The notes under the pieces were generated by a model. The model saw only the letters and a list, made by a program, of their open reading frames with translations. It was not told the origin of the DNA and did not search any database. The position numbers and the translations under genes are program-made. 64,000 nt of DNA from Picochlorum sp. SENEW3 (lineage: Eukaryota), in assembly GCA_034226945.1 (NCBI GenBank), contig CP120460.1, positions 868,001 through 932,000 on the forward strand. Reading direction: 5' to 3'. Positions within the stretch are counted from its first letter, which is position 1, and each line of letters begins with the position of its first letter. This document shows positions 10,287 through 24,391 of this stretch, piece by piece.

Positions 10287-12455
10287 ATGCCTGCTCTGAG
10301 AGTTCTGGGGCGACGTTGGCGTGTTGCTGATGACGACATGCCTTTGGTTTCCTTTTTTGCGCTTTTGTTCCATTTTGTACGTGAATATCGACATGTGATC
10401 TTGCGTAGTCGCTCTTTATTCACCTTGGTAGTGGTTTTTCTGGTGTAGGCTTTCATCCCACCTTTAATTGCTTGGTTTGCCATCTTACATGGCCCTGATA
10501 CGGTCTGTGATGAGGTTTTAGAGTTTACTATAGCATATTCTGGTATTTTAGCAACGTACAGCATCTCCTTCATGCTAGAACTATGGACTGTCATAGCTGG
10601 ACTTCAGGGTACTCCACTGCATGGAGAACCGCGGAGACTAATACCCTTGTTGGTGGCTTTGGATGCCATATGCCATATAGTACAAGTAGGGTTTGTGGCA
10701 TATCTGTCTTACTTGGGTTCATACAATTGGATGCGGCCATGTGATGTTGGTGGTGTGATGTGGAATGATGATGCTTTTACATGGGCTACTGCTGGGACTT
10801 TCTGGACATACTGTTTGTTTTACCTAGTATTTGTTATACTGGCTCATGGACAATCTTCAAAAGTGGAAAATTCGAATGAATCGTGGTCGAAGACGTATAT
10901 GAACAGCTTGTGGATGAGTTTGATATGGTTGGGCTGGAATCCGTTCAGCAAGACATTGAGAGATCACCACAGAGAGAGAGCGGACAGGGTTGGAAAAAAT
11001 TTAAAGAGTTTATTCGGACATTCAGACATGACTTTATCTGATTTTATTCTCGGTTTTGCGTACGCTCGGCATAAAGCTCGGCATTCAAAGAACAGGGTGG
11101 TGCTGCCTCTAGATGCTGTTGGGATCTCTTCTGAGCAACGGACGAGGCCCAGTGAAAATAGGACAGTGGAGGATGTTTCTTCAATACAATATTGTACGAC
11201 AGTAATGAAAGGGGAACCTGTGGGCGGTAATGTGTTGCATGAGGCAGAGTATTATTTTCGATTTGCAATGGCAGCATATGGATGGATGATGTACATGCTT
11301 GGCGAAGGATTCTTCAAGGGTATTTTCGCACTGTGTTGGGGAGGCAAAGGTACCTTGTTTCCCATGTTTCGAGGCAAGCCTAATTTGGAAATAGCCTGCA
11401 GAGTCCTTGATGCACCAAGAGACAGCATCATTTTTATTCGAGAACAGGGACAGGAACATAATGTTCTCTGCTACGTCATCTCCGTCGACCACGATAGAAA
11501 ATGTGTAGTAGTATCTGTTCGTGGCGCTGTCACCATCAATGATAACGTTCGAGATGTGCTGTTGGAGCCAGCGGATTTTGATGCTTGGGTGGAGTCCAAG
11601 GTGACTGGATGGGAATCAAGGCCACCAAGTCCTGCATGTACCTCCCCGAAGCACTCAAACTATATAGCACAGGGAGATTATCTTGAAGCTTCTAGGGCGA
11701 CGCTCTGTGACATTCTTGAAAGCGGTATTCTACAAGAGACAGTCACCTCAGATGCTTGCAAGGACTATCAACTGATTTTCACTGGACATTCTTTGGGAGC
11801 TGCCTGTTGCTTTTTCCTTGCTCTGTACTTCCAAAAGTTTATTCCTAATATCAAATGCTGGTGCTTTTCTCCCCCTCTGGGCCTTGTTGATAAGCGTGTT
11901 GCTGAGCGTAGCCGCAGCTGGTGTACAACCATTGTGTGTGGAAAAGAATTGCCGCCAAGATTTTCAGCAGCAGCATTAGATCTTGCTAGAGATCAGATTA
12001 TCTATGCTCTGGCGTGCGTCAAGTTGCCTAAATTGATTCTAGCGTACAAGCTTTTGTGGAGTTATAAATCCATTGCATCAATTGAAGATGATCCCCAAGA
12101 AAATTGCCTTGATTCTGCACAAGATGCAAGAGATTATTTGAACAGATATTTAGAAAGCCGTAATTCCGACGAGTATAGAAGATACTTGGTATCTTCTGCC
12201 GACAGAATGACAGTACCTGGATCTGTTATTTATTTCCAACCAGTCGCTGGGATTGAAAGGAAGGCAAGTAGCACGACATTCGACTTCCATGTCGTCACCC
12301 CTGACCGTGACTACGAAGCAATTTGGGTCGAAAATGAATGTCTGAATGCTCAGGGCTTGATCTTTAGTGGCAGGTTTTTAGCTGACCATATGCCAGACTA
12401 TGCTGAGGAAGTAATTCGGCGAATGGCAGCATCAGAGGAAAGCAATGCTGAGTAA
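10287..12455 (+). CDS. Class 3 lipase, diacylglycerol lipase (DAGL)-like, with N-terminal transmembrane region
   Basis: N-terminus MPALRVLGRRWRVADDD resembles the DAGL start. Intron about 10377-10448. Hydrophobic helices, then VVVSVRG, the GHSLG nucleophile motif, FSPP and DHMPD. Confidence 0.85.
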
Positions 12456-12503
12456 TGCGTCTTACATGATCTATCTGGACTTCATTCCTTTCGGATGAAC
12501 TTT

Positions 12504-13526
12504 TTATAATGTATTGAAACAAATATCTCTACCTCCCAGAGGCAGGGATATACATGTGCCCAACAGACGCATGATGAATCGCATGGTGAATACTGTTCGG
12601 AAAAGAAAAGATGCAGAGGAATACAAGATTGCAAAGCCCAGCCAGAATATATTGGCCTTCCAGTGGTAGAGGGTCCAGTTATGAAGTAATTCGTAGCTTG
12701 AAATGTTGAATAATCGTTTGATTTGGATCATGAGCATGCACCCAATACAGATGAAACAGGCTGCTGGAAATAATACACCAGTATCAGTATCACCACAATA
12801 GACATGTGTATGCAAGGCGAAATCGATCTGGTACATCCTACTCATATTATTGTATGCTTCAAAATCGGAGAGTATTTGACGGCCAAAGAAAGAGATTACG
12901 ATCTTTTTTGCGAGAGGACACACCACCTGTCCACACAATTTTGTAGAGCACTGGACGATAAAAATCCCACAAAAGAATACTGAGACTGAGCTGCAAAGGG
13001 CAACTATATGTCTCATGATCAAAACCGATACCTTGTATTTTCTCATATTCAGCAAATATAATATGTAGTTTCTCGCACACATGGTTGTGCACACATCATC
13101 AATGCTTTCAGGACCTCTACTGAACAAGAAATTCAAACATCTGTTTGTCCCCCAAAATGGCAGTCGAATATCTCGTTGTCCCCCTGAAGTACTCCAATCA
13201 TTGTTTGTATTCTCTTCAGCGCCTGAATGCCCCCGATTCTTTAAAGCCAGGCAAACGCATTTCAGAAAAGAATGCATGCTCTGCCACTTTGATGCTCCAG
13301 CACCTCGTTTTTCCGCAGATGTGATCACTGAACACATCTCATGACGCCCTGATCTTTTCAATATCTTATCCCTGCAAAGAGGACATTGCCATTGCACCGC
13401 TGGTACTCTCAGCAGGCACATGAGCAAGCATGAAGCATGAAATGTGTGTCCACACACAAGACTGACATCCTGACAATCAAGGTCATCAAGACAAATAGCA
13501 CACGTGGGATTACTCTCCATGTCCAT
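12504..13526 (-). CDS. RING-H2 finger protein with hydrophobic C-terminus (putative membrane E3 ligase)
   Basis: CAICLDDL...CGHTFHASCL...CPLCR at the N-terminus; several hydrophobic stretches downstream. Confidence 0.75.
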   Translation of the reverse strand: MDMESNPTCAICLDDLDCQDVSLVCGHTFHASCLLMCLLRVPAVQWQCPLCRDKILKRSGRHEMCSVITSAEKRGAGASKWQSMHSFLKCVCLALKNRGHSGAEENTNNDWSTSGGQRDIRLPFWGTNRCLNFLFSRGPESIDDVCTTMCARNYILYLLNMRKYKVSVLIMRHIVALCSSVSVFFCGIFIVQCSTKLCGQVVCPLAKKIVISFFGRQILSDFEAYNNMSRMYQIDFALHTHVYCGDTDTGVLFPAACFICIGCMLMIQIKRLFNISSYELLHNWTLYHWKANIFWLGFAILYSSASFLFRTVFTMRFIMRLLGTCISLPLGGRDICFNTL

Positions 13527-14057
13527 TTTTACTTTATTCTAATAGACGTGCGCCCTCTACCGAAAGAGTTAAAGACCAGTATAGGGACTATCGAATAGAG
13601 AGAGACCATCAGCTCGTCAGTCCGAGAAAACCTTGAAATCTCCGACTATAGCGTGACAAATATACATACATACAGAAATAGATAAATATAGATTTATTAT
13701 TTAAACAGAAAAAGGTATATTTCATTTCGTTCAGCCCCTTGATGATTGTGATTCGTTGACTTCACAAGATCCTTGATGGCATGACAGAGCATGAAGGGCT
13801 CATATAGTCCACAGTCTCGACTGGCCATTGATGCTTGTCGAAACCCATATACAGCCTATTCCATGTATGTGTTGAAAGTTTCTATGCCACACTCGGCCCG
13901 GGAATCAGCCCAAATGCTGGATTAACTGACTGGTCAGTACCTGTGATTCCTTGTTTATTCAAGATGGGCATGTGAAAGACTTCAAACGGCCCCGACACCC
14001 TTTGTCTCTAACCATACACATATTTATATATACCTCTGAGATATATATATTATTATT

Positions 14058-15896
14058 ATGTGGGGAGGGCAAAAAGGGCAGTTGAAAGTTCGAGACAACC
14101 ACCTGGTTGATGAGAAGACTTCACGGGACTTGATGGGCGTCTCACGAGGGAGATGCTTGGGATGCTCATCATGCGGTAAATATATCATTTATACAAAGGA
14201 AAAATATTATAGAAAGGTAGGTGGCACTCTATGTGAGCATATGGTTGGTCAACGTGCCTTGACTGTTTCTTGCACGCAGGGAGAGGATGCTCCATTGCAC
14301 CCTGACTGCGATCCTTCAATAATGAATTGTTCTAGATGCTCATGCGCAGCAGATCAGCATGAGATTGATGTGGCTGCAACGGAACGGGAGAATGGGAATG
14401 ATGCCGTGGCCATAGGAGACTATGATTCAGCAATTGTGCACTACTCAAAGGCTTTGGAGGTGAATCCTGTGGATCCCAAGATTTGGAGTAATCGGAGTAA
14501 ATGCTATTGTGCCAAGCGATGGTGGTCTCAGGCGCTCTATGACGCCAATAGGGGGGTTTCATTGGATCCAACTTGGTACAAACTTCATTACCGCAAGGCT
14601 GTTGCACTCAAAGGTTTGGGGCACTTTCAGGAAGCTCTGGGTGTTTGTACAACGGCTCTCTCCTGCTTAGAACAGAGTAAAGATGACTCAAGAGATGCCT
14701 CACGGGCAATTCAGCAGTTGATTCGAGATCTGAATTCCCGTATAGGAGTCCAAAACGGTAAACATGGTGAATCACAGAAAAGGAATAGACCTCTGCAGGA
14801 AAATGACAGAAAAACCTTGGAGAACAAAGGTACTGTTGAGTCTAAAAGTAAACTTACTGATTATGACAGCAAGGCAGAGTTGGAGTGTATTCGTTCATCT
14901 ATTGAAAGAATGCAAGACCAGATAAATTTTATAACAGAGTGGATCACCCAGCATGCTTGTCCTCATGCGCCGCGAGAGGAGTTGATCGACATTCGCAATC
15001 GTTTGGATATAATTGAAACATACCTAGAAACATCAGATTGCACCGAAGAATGCGTTGCTTGCGGGAGTGATGATGAGGGAGACAAGGCTAGTGATCCAAC
15101 CAAAGCCAGTGATGGAGAGAGTATATCCAGGACATCTAGCTCCATGTCGGACCTGTCCGACACAATTGCAATGATTGAAAATGCCTGGAAGATTAAGTTG
15201 GATTTTCAGGAGACAATATCTAATGCAACCACGGACTCTGACACTCGAGATTGTGAATCACCCCACAAGAACTCTGGAGATGACGAGAATTCCTCATCTA
15301 CCTCATCATCCCAGGAGCCCTCGGACCGCACCAGTCGAACCTTGAGTGAAAGAGAAAAGAGGGTGCTGCGTGCCAAAGAGAGGAGAGAAAAAGCCGAAAA
15401 GGCTGGAGAGTGCATGATGACAACCTCCCAGGATATGCTAACCCAAACCAAGCGCATGGGTTGCAAGATATGCGGCCCCTTATGCCCTGAATTCAAAATT
15501 TATTATCAAAATGAGGATGTACATGATCCAGAGGTGATGTTTTACTGCAGTGAATGCGGCTGTAGATCGGAAGACCATGAAATTGATCAAGCACATGAAA
15601 AGGCTCGTCAAGAGAAGGCAGAGATGGAGGAGCAACGAGCCCGAATACGGGCAGCAAGAATGAGAGCACGGAATTCAGAAGGCTTTTCAAAGATGCAAGA
15701 AGCATATGCAACTCTTGGAATTCAACGGGGGTGCTCTGTGGATGAAATCAAAAGCGCCTACAGAGCTTTAGCCAAAAGGTATCACCCAGACAAGCAGAAG
15801 GGTCGGCATATCCGTGAGCAGGACATTGCACGCAGGCAGCATATGTTTACAAAATCAACTGAGGCATATCGATATCTCATAGAACAACTGGGATAG
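14058..15896 (+). CDS. TPR-repeat and C-terminal J-domain protein with two Cys/His-rich modules
   Basis: TPRs (ERENGNDAVAIGDYDSAIVHYSKAL, WSNRSKCY, KLHYRKAVAL) and a J-domain (YATLGI...IKSAYRALAKRYHPDK). Likely in-frame intron 14217-14279. Confidence 0.85.
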   Translation: MWGGQKGQLKVRDNHLVDEKTSRDLMGVSRGRCLGCSSCGKYIIYTKEKYYRKVGGTLCEHMVGQRALTVSCTQGEDAPLHPDCDPSIMNCSRCSCAADQHEIDVAATERENGNDAVAIGDYDSAIVHYSKALEVNPVDPKIWSNRSKCYCAKRWWSQALYDANRGVSLDPTWYKLHYRKAVALKGLGHFQEALGVCTTALSCLEQSKDDSRDASRAIQQLIRDLNSRIGVQNGKHGESQKRNRPLQENDRKTLENKGTVESKSKLTDYDSKAELECIRSSIERMQDQINFITEWITQHACPHAPREELIDIRNRLDIIETYLETSDCTEECVACGSDDEGDKASDPTKASDGESISRTSSSMSDLSDTIAMIENAWKIKLDFQETISNATTDSDTRDCESPHKNSGDDENSSSTSSSQEPSDRTSRTLSEREKRVLRAKERREKAEKAGECMMTTSQDMLTQTKRMGCKICGPLCPEFKIYYQNEDVHDPEVMFYCSECGCRSEDHEIDQAHEKARQEKAEMEEQRARIRAARMRARNSEGFSKMQEAYATLGIQRGCSVDEIKSAYRALAKRYHPDKQKGRHIREQDIARRQHMFTKSTEAYRYLIEQLG

Positions 15897-16114
15897 AAGA
15901 AATATGTCAGAAATCCTCCAAGCTGTCCAGTCCAAGGCAGCTTCCAGGCACGAGGTTGAATGCCCACTCAAGGGATCGATCTGATCGAGATGCCGCATCT
16001 ACGAAAGGATGACGACTGCGTTGGATGAATCTGTACGAAAGTAACTACGCTGTCACTCTGTACAGGGTAATTGTCCTTGCAGCCAATTGATTTTGAATCA
16101 GATTCGTGTAACAG

Positions 16115-17713
16115 ATGTATTTTACCAATGCTTCTCAAATGGAGGAGACGAGCAGTGACTCGGAGGGATATATCCCTTTCGGGACTCCTGTGGGGGGTTT
16201 GGGTCTCTCTGAGCATCACAATGGAGATTTGATCTATGAAGACTCGGATAATTTTGTAGAAGAAGATGAGAGTGACGATGACGAATTATCTGAGGACGAG
16301 GAGCAGTTTCGAATCCACGAAACCATGGAAGGCGACAGACTTCCTTGTGAAGGTACCCAACTCAATACCGGCAAAGAATTGGCTCACGTAGTAGAGAATA
16401 GACAATTAAATCAGAGAAATGCGATGTCCCCGAGGGACAGTGATTCGGATGTTTCAACGGCTGCACTCTTGGGGTACAGGTCCTTGGGCATTGGTGGTAG
16501 TCCATACAGTCTCAGTCGGAAAATTGCCACGTTTGATATCATTCCGGATACTGCTTCGAATGTTTTGGATCGGATGGAAAGTCGTGGATACATTGGACAA
16601 TTTACAGCAGATGGAGAACGGTTTATTGGTATGTTTTCCTTGTTCAAAATGATTGCTTCCTTGCATATTCTGTGCTCATGATCTGTGGTTCACCTTGTAG
16701 GTGCCTTTCAAAACGAGCGTATAATTAAAATTTATGATCCCTTGAGAAATTTCAAGGTCGTGAAATCTATTCAAGCACGAAATTTGCGGTGGACAATTAC
16801 GGATACTGCCATGTCCCCTGATGGGAGGTTCATTTTGTACTCTTCAATCACCCCTTTGGTTCATCTAGTCACCATGCATACGGATGATCCTGGCATCGAA
16901 TCGATCGCCAATGTCACAGATATACACGAGACGCTGACATTTTCGAACAGGTCTTTTTCAGAAGGTTTGTGGTCGATCAAATGGTCTGGGGATGGTAAAG
17001 AAATTGTTGCTGGTTCTTCTGAGCCGTTTGTATATATTTATGACATTGAATCCCAACAAATTGTTTCGAAACTACATCATCACCAGAGGGATGTAAATGC
17101 TGTGGAATATGCGGACGAGACGAATCGAATATTCTACTCAGGCTCTGATGACTCTTTCATTCACGTTTGGGATAGAAGGTTGCTTGGACGGTCGGGCAAG
17201 CCAGTTGGATCCTTCATTGGTCATACAGAGGGCTTGGCACATTTAAACAGCAAAAATAACTCATGTCATCTTATATCCAATGCAAAAGATCAGACAATTA
17301 AGTGCTGGGACATGAGAAATATGGCCAGTTGGAATGAGGCCAAGGAAGAGCAGAAAAAGACAGATGTGCCCACATTTAGGTGGGATTACCGATGGATGAC
17401 GTATCCAGGCACAGGAAAAAGAATTCGTCACCCTAGAGATAAGTCTATCGCCACATACAGGGGACACCAAGTCATTAGCACACTTATTCGGTCCTACTGG
17501 TCCCCAGCACACACAACAGGACAGCGGTACATTTACACAGGGTGTGGGACTGGTAGCATTCATATCTTCGATGTAGTTACAGGCGAGAAGGTCAGAGAAT
17601 TGGAGCACCATGTGGATGTCGTGCGAGATTGCAGTTGGCATCCATACCTTCCCATGCTAGTCTCTATATCCTTTGATGGAACTGTTGTGAGTTGGGAGCC
17701 ATCATTTCACTGA
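16115..17713 (+). CDS. DCAF11: WD40 protein DCAF11/WDR23 (LEC14B-like)
   Basis: SRGYIGQFTADG, LRWTITDT, WDRR, GHTEGL, WDYRWMTYP, YRGHQVISTLIR and TGQRYIYTG. Intron about 16629-16700. Confidence 0.88.
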
Positions 17714-17806
17714 TGACCAGAAAGCAGGTGTACACTGCATATATATGCATACAATGATACATAATCAAGATTTTTTCATATGATTGCTGCATTATTCTTG
17801 TCAATG

Positions 17807-17811
17807 TTACA
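17807..17811 (-). promoter_or_regulatory. Putative TGTAA polyadenylation signal of FAP
   Basis: TGTAA about 15 nt after the stop. The same motif follows many genes here (12462-, 27019+, 31689-, 31706+, 37728+, 42208-, 56665+, 59845-, 63504-). UGUAA is the known chlorophyte poly(A) signal. Confidence 0.6.
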
Positions 17812-17825
17812 TTCAAACTTCAGTA

Positions 17826-19831
<2,006 letters not shown>

Positions 19832-20407
19832 TTTGCCCTGGATTGTCAGATGCTATCGCAGTAACCTCCTGTTATCTTCTTCTAAGGATATAATTCTTCC
19901 CCAAAAGAGGCAATCGATTGGTCGCTGGCCACACTCTTGGTTACTCGATACACGAGTCTCGGTATCTCTGGTTCAGCAAACTCGTCCGGCACAACACCGA
20001 CTTCTTTTCAAATGTACCAAATTCTAGCAAACCAGAGGTGATAACAAATCTCGTTTGTCTTACAGAGGGGCATCGGATCAAAATTCATGTTGACATTATC
20101 CAGTTGGATTTTGCATGCAATCTGGATTGCAGATCTAGATCTGCGCAGATCTGGATCAAGATATGTGCATCATTCGAGCAAAGCTTCACTAACTCTTTGA
20201 TTACAGCACAAAACTGAGGCAACGAGTGCAGACCTCGTGAATCTTTGCATGGGAGACTGTCGCCTTGACATGCTTTCTCCGCATACTGCAGAGGATGGCA
20301 ACCTCCATATGCAACAAAGACCGACTGCCTGGATTCGTATGAGAGGGAGACATTTCAGAGGCGGTTACACTATCACCCAAGCCCTCATGGAGCACTACAA
20401 AAGCATC

Positions 20408-22143
20408 TTATAGGTCATCTGAAGAGTAAGATCTCAGCAACTTTTCAACCTCGTCCTGTGCTTCTACCTTGGCCTGCCATTCCTCCTGGAGATTTTCAAT
20501 TTCACTCAATCTGGATAATTCTCTCTGGATATCTGCAGGTTTCCGTGATGTATTTGAATCAGAAAGCAAATATAGGCCCTTGAAATGATGCAGATCGTAC
20601 CTTGATATTCAGCCAACGGGATATCTGTCTCCATTTCTACTTCAATTTCAATCATGCTAAGCACTTTTGCATACTCGTGTATCATCGAGATGCGCGCTTC
20701 TAATCTATTTTCCATTGCATCTTTAGCTTCTATTACTCTCTCAATTCGTGACGTGTACGCTTTATGGTGCTCCATCGAGTTCATTTTGCCTAAAAGCTGC
20801 CATAACCTTGCCAGCATTCTAACATGAGCAACTGTTTCCACCATCAATTGCTGCATATTGGACGTCAGCCGCACATGTTCTTGGAGTAGCCCCTGTCGTG
20901 TCTCTTGAAGTCCTAGTGAGCTATCTGGTAGTTTCTTCAAATTTGGCAGCATAACATTTGATCCAAGTGACAGAGCCAAAGCAGATGAGCCAACCATGCC
21001 TGCAAAAAGCATTGGATAAAGTGGATTTATAATACTAGAAGCCGCATCCACTCCTACAAAAAATACTAGTGCGGGCACTAGCCATTTCAAACCCGGGAGA
21101 GTATCATTCGTGTCTACAGGTCTGTTCAAATCTGTGCTGCCGCCTACAGTGTGATTGGTAATTGAGAGAGGTTCTCCTGGCCGTGTGCCAGGTGGTGATG
21201 GGGTTAAGATACCACTGTACCGCATGCTTTGTCTCGATGATTTCCCTTGCTCTGGGGAACAAACCAGTGATACTCGATCCCCAACTTTTGCAGGAGCACT
21301 CGAAAGTGGTGTTCCAAACTTGAAAGTTCTCTGCTGGCCTGAGGGTGCTTCAATTGTCATTGTATGCAGTGCAGCAGTTGGCATCCGACCCAATTGAAAA
21401 CCAATTTGTTTCCACCAGGATAAAGTGGAAACAAGAGACTCCGACTCCGACCTCACAACTCGCCCTGAAAAGATTTCATATTCATACTTGGAGTAGGAAT
21501 CTGGCACAACTTTGGAGCCTTCATGGGGCTGCATCAACGTGAGAGGTCTCCCACGCCCATCGGGACAATCGACAACAAAACCAAAATGTATATCCTCTGA
21601 GGACTGTACACCGCGATGCCGTATGATGTTCAGTATCTCGAGAGCAGTCTTTGTCTCCAAGTTCCGACACAAGAGCTTGACAACCTCTGCACTCAAAGAC
21701 TCGCGTCTTCTAGGCCATTCAAACGTGTTTTCTGAATCAAATGATCCTGCTGCCTCACTAGGACTGAAAAGAGATGCAAAAATTGACAGAACCAATTCGT
21801 AGTTCTCAGCAGAGACACAAGTTGCCAAAATTTTCAAACAGTCATCTTCCCCCAACACGCCCGCATCTGGATACTGATCTATCAATACATTCTTGACATC
21901 TATTGCATTCTTTTGAGCAACAACCTGTCGCAGGACATCATTCCCAATCATATCTCGGCCACCTACAACTATGTGGTCTCCTTTGTCGTCACGTGCACGA
22001 CACCTTGTCCACCCACCTGGCCGAGAGGATACTCCGTGATAACAATATGAACGATGAAGCGAACATTTTTGAGTCGACTGAACACTGACAATCACAAGGT
22101 CCCCCTGACAAGGACCAATGACACGTTTGAAATACATTGCCAA
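20408..22143 (-). CDS. Conserved green-lineage protein of unknown function (At1g64430-like), probably plastid-targeted
   Basis: YEYEIFSG, APSGQQRTFKFGT, PGEPLSITNH, MLARLWQL and SMIEIEVEMETD. Terminal exon after an intron at about 20600-20533 ends EEWQAKVEAQDEVEKLLRSYSSDDL*. Confidence 0.75.
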
Positions 22144-22177
22144 CAGCAGTACCGTGCAGTATCCTATGAAATTGATT

Positions 22178-22203
22178 ATAATCTAAGAGCATAATCTAAG
22201 AGC
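22178..22203. repeat. Perfect 13-bp tandem duplication (ATAATCTAAGAGC x2)
   Basis: Read directly, 35 nt upstream of the ATG at 22143. Confidence 0.9.
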
Positions 22204-23247
22204 AGCTACTATTATCACTCATGGGGATATTCGTATTCATCTATTTAGGGAAATCAATCATTCCAAAACCACCCTGTACTTTTTACGGACGATCCGTGAA
22301 TCCGAGACAATTTGCTCCTTCTTGGAACCTTTCTAGACATTTAGAGAATTCTGGCCGGTGCGTCATTATCATATCAAGTCCTCTTCCGCTTTCTCTTCAG
22401 CTGTGCGGCTTATCTGCAGCAACCTTCGATCCTAGATCCAGAATCACCCAACTATTTCAGCACTTTTTGTGTAATTCAACCATGTTCAATCATGCAACAA
22501 TCGACATTGATGCTCTCATGATACAGTGGCACATACATATCTGCCATGCCGCTTACACCAAACATATCCTACCTATAAAGTTTTGAAATGGAGACTTGTC
22601 GGCTACCTTGGCAAGGATATAACCCCTCAGAAAATGGTCACATCTTGTTTCTGGACTCGAGCGAAGTGCTCAAATGAGTGCAAATGCATGGATGCCTGTA
22701 ATTCTAAGAGACAGGTTTCCCCTTTCAAGCAGCAGTTCATACATTTTTCCTGAACACATGCGTCTCGCAGACCAGGTGTGACCAATGTGTGCTGTACAAA
22801 GGCAATGTGGAGCTTTGCACTAGAATGCATTTATCATGCAGTCTCACACTGCAAAGACCAGGATATCCTGTGCACGCCACTGCTTTGTCCCGTCTGAATC
22901 ACTAGAACTGAATCTTATTAAGCCTCTCAAAAATTCGGAGGATAGACTTTACGCGTCTGATGGAGGTCATCCTGTCATCACGCCAGGATGCATTGTGCAT
23001 GCATGCAGAGTCCCATCAACGGCAGCTTTAATGGTGCGTCTGCATAGACACACGTGCTCTCAAAAAGTTTTGCCTCCATTATCGATGTTGGCCAATGTGA
23101 ATGCCTGATTCATATTATCATGTTATATCATCCTGAAATAGGGTCTCGTTGCACAATCAAACCCATGTATTCTGCATTAATGGTTCTTAGTATGGTCTGA
23201 GTCTCTTACAAACGCCTCTGTGCTGGAGATTCTATAGCTTTTATGGG

Positions 23248-24383
23248 ATGGAGTCTTCGAGTCAAAATGAGACACATATGTTGAATGAATTTCTCAGGGA
23301 TGCTCCTTCTAGCGGGATGGAGAATGTCGCGGAGAAAGTAAGAGAGTTCATTCTTCAGGTCAATACGAAAGCAAGTGGTCAGAACCGTATTGTTTGTGTC
23401 ACGTCAGGGGGTACTACTGTTCCATTGGAGAAGAATTGTGTGAGATTCATCGACAATTTCAGCAAAGGGACGAGGGGCGCTCTTTCCTGTGAAGAGTTCC
23501 TCAAGCATGGGTATCATGTCATCTTCCTGACACGACACGGATCGGCTCAGCCGTTCATCTCGGAATTTGAAGAGCATTTGTCGGGAGACTGCATGTCTGA
23601 TGTGGTGGAGCACCACATCAGTTCTGTGACAGGGAAATATAAGTTGGAACTCCGGGAAAACCTTGCGCAAGGACTGATGACATCATTCACGTATGTCCGC
23701 AAAGGGAGACTGCTGCGGATCAAATTTACAACACTATTTGAATATCTAAAGGTACTGCGTCTTGCAGATTTGATGTACATGGCTAGGTGGTACCTTCGAT
23801 ATTCCTAAAAGAACTAATCTTATGACGATATCGCTGTAGACATTAGAAGTAATCTGTACAGCGCTTGCTGTATGCCATGAAAGAGCTATGATGTATTGCG
23901 CAGCTGCAGTCTCTGATTTCTACATCCCCTGGGGAAGCTTGGTACGTTGTGCAGTGGATCTGATTCCTCTCTCAATGAAATATTTGCTTCTCACTAATTT
24001 TTTGGTATACTAATGCACAGGCCGAGCATAAAATACAGTCGAGAGAGGCTGATTTGTCAATCCATCTGTCAAAGGTTCCCAAGGCCTTGGGCGTGATGCG
24101 TCGTGATTGGATCCCAGATGCAATGATTGTGAGTTTTAAACTCGAGACTGATCAATCGATATTAGAAACGAAAGCGAAGAAATCCATAGAAATGTACCAA
24201 GTTGATTGTGTTGTAGCCAATCTGCTTCATTCGAGAAAAGAGTCCGTCCTACTCTTCAATAAACATCAGGGGAATGAGCCCGTCCATATTCGACGACCAA
24301 AAGACGTCCGGGCTATCGAGGAGCTGCTGGTTGGAGAGTTAATCCACATCCATGAAAAGTATTTTCTTCAAAGTACCACATAG
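23248..24383 (+). CDS. PPCS: Phosphopantothenate-cysteine ligase (CoA biosynthesis); 3 exons
   Basis: [30 protein letters not shown], middle exon [13 protein letters not shown], then [14 protein letters not shown] and [10 protein letters not shown]. Confidence 0.93.
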
Positions 24384-24391
24384 TCGAGCGA

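Noticed and set aside
14217..14279. In-frame stop-free introns (also 45034-44972, 44625-44554, 61814-61749) as regulated retention
   Set aside because: Short introns of length 3n without stops are expected at some frequency; no evidence of retention from sequence alone.
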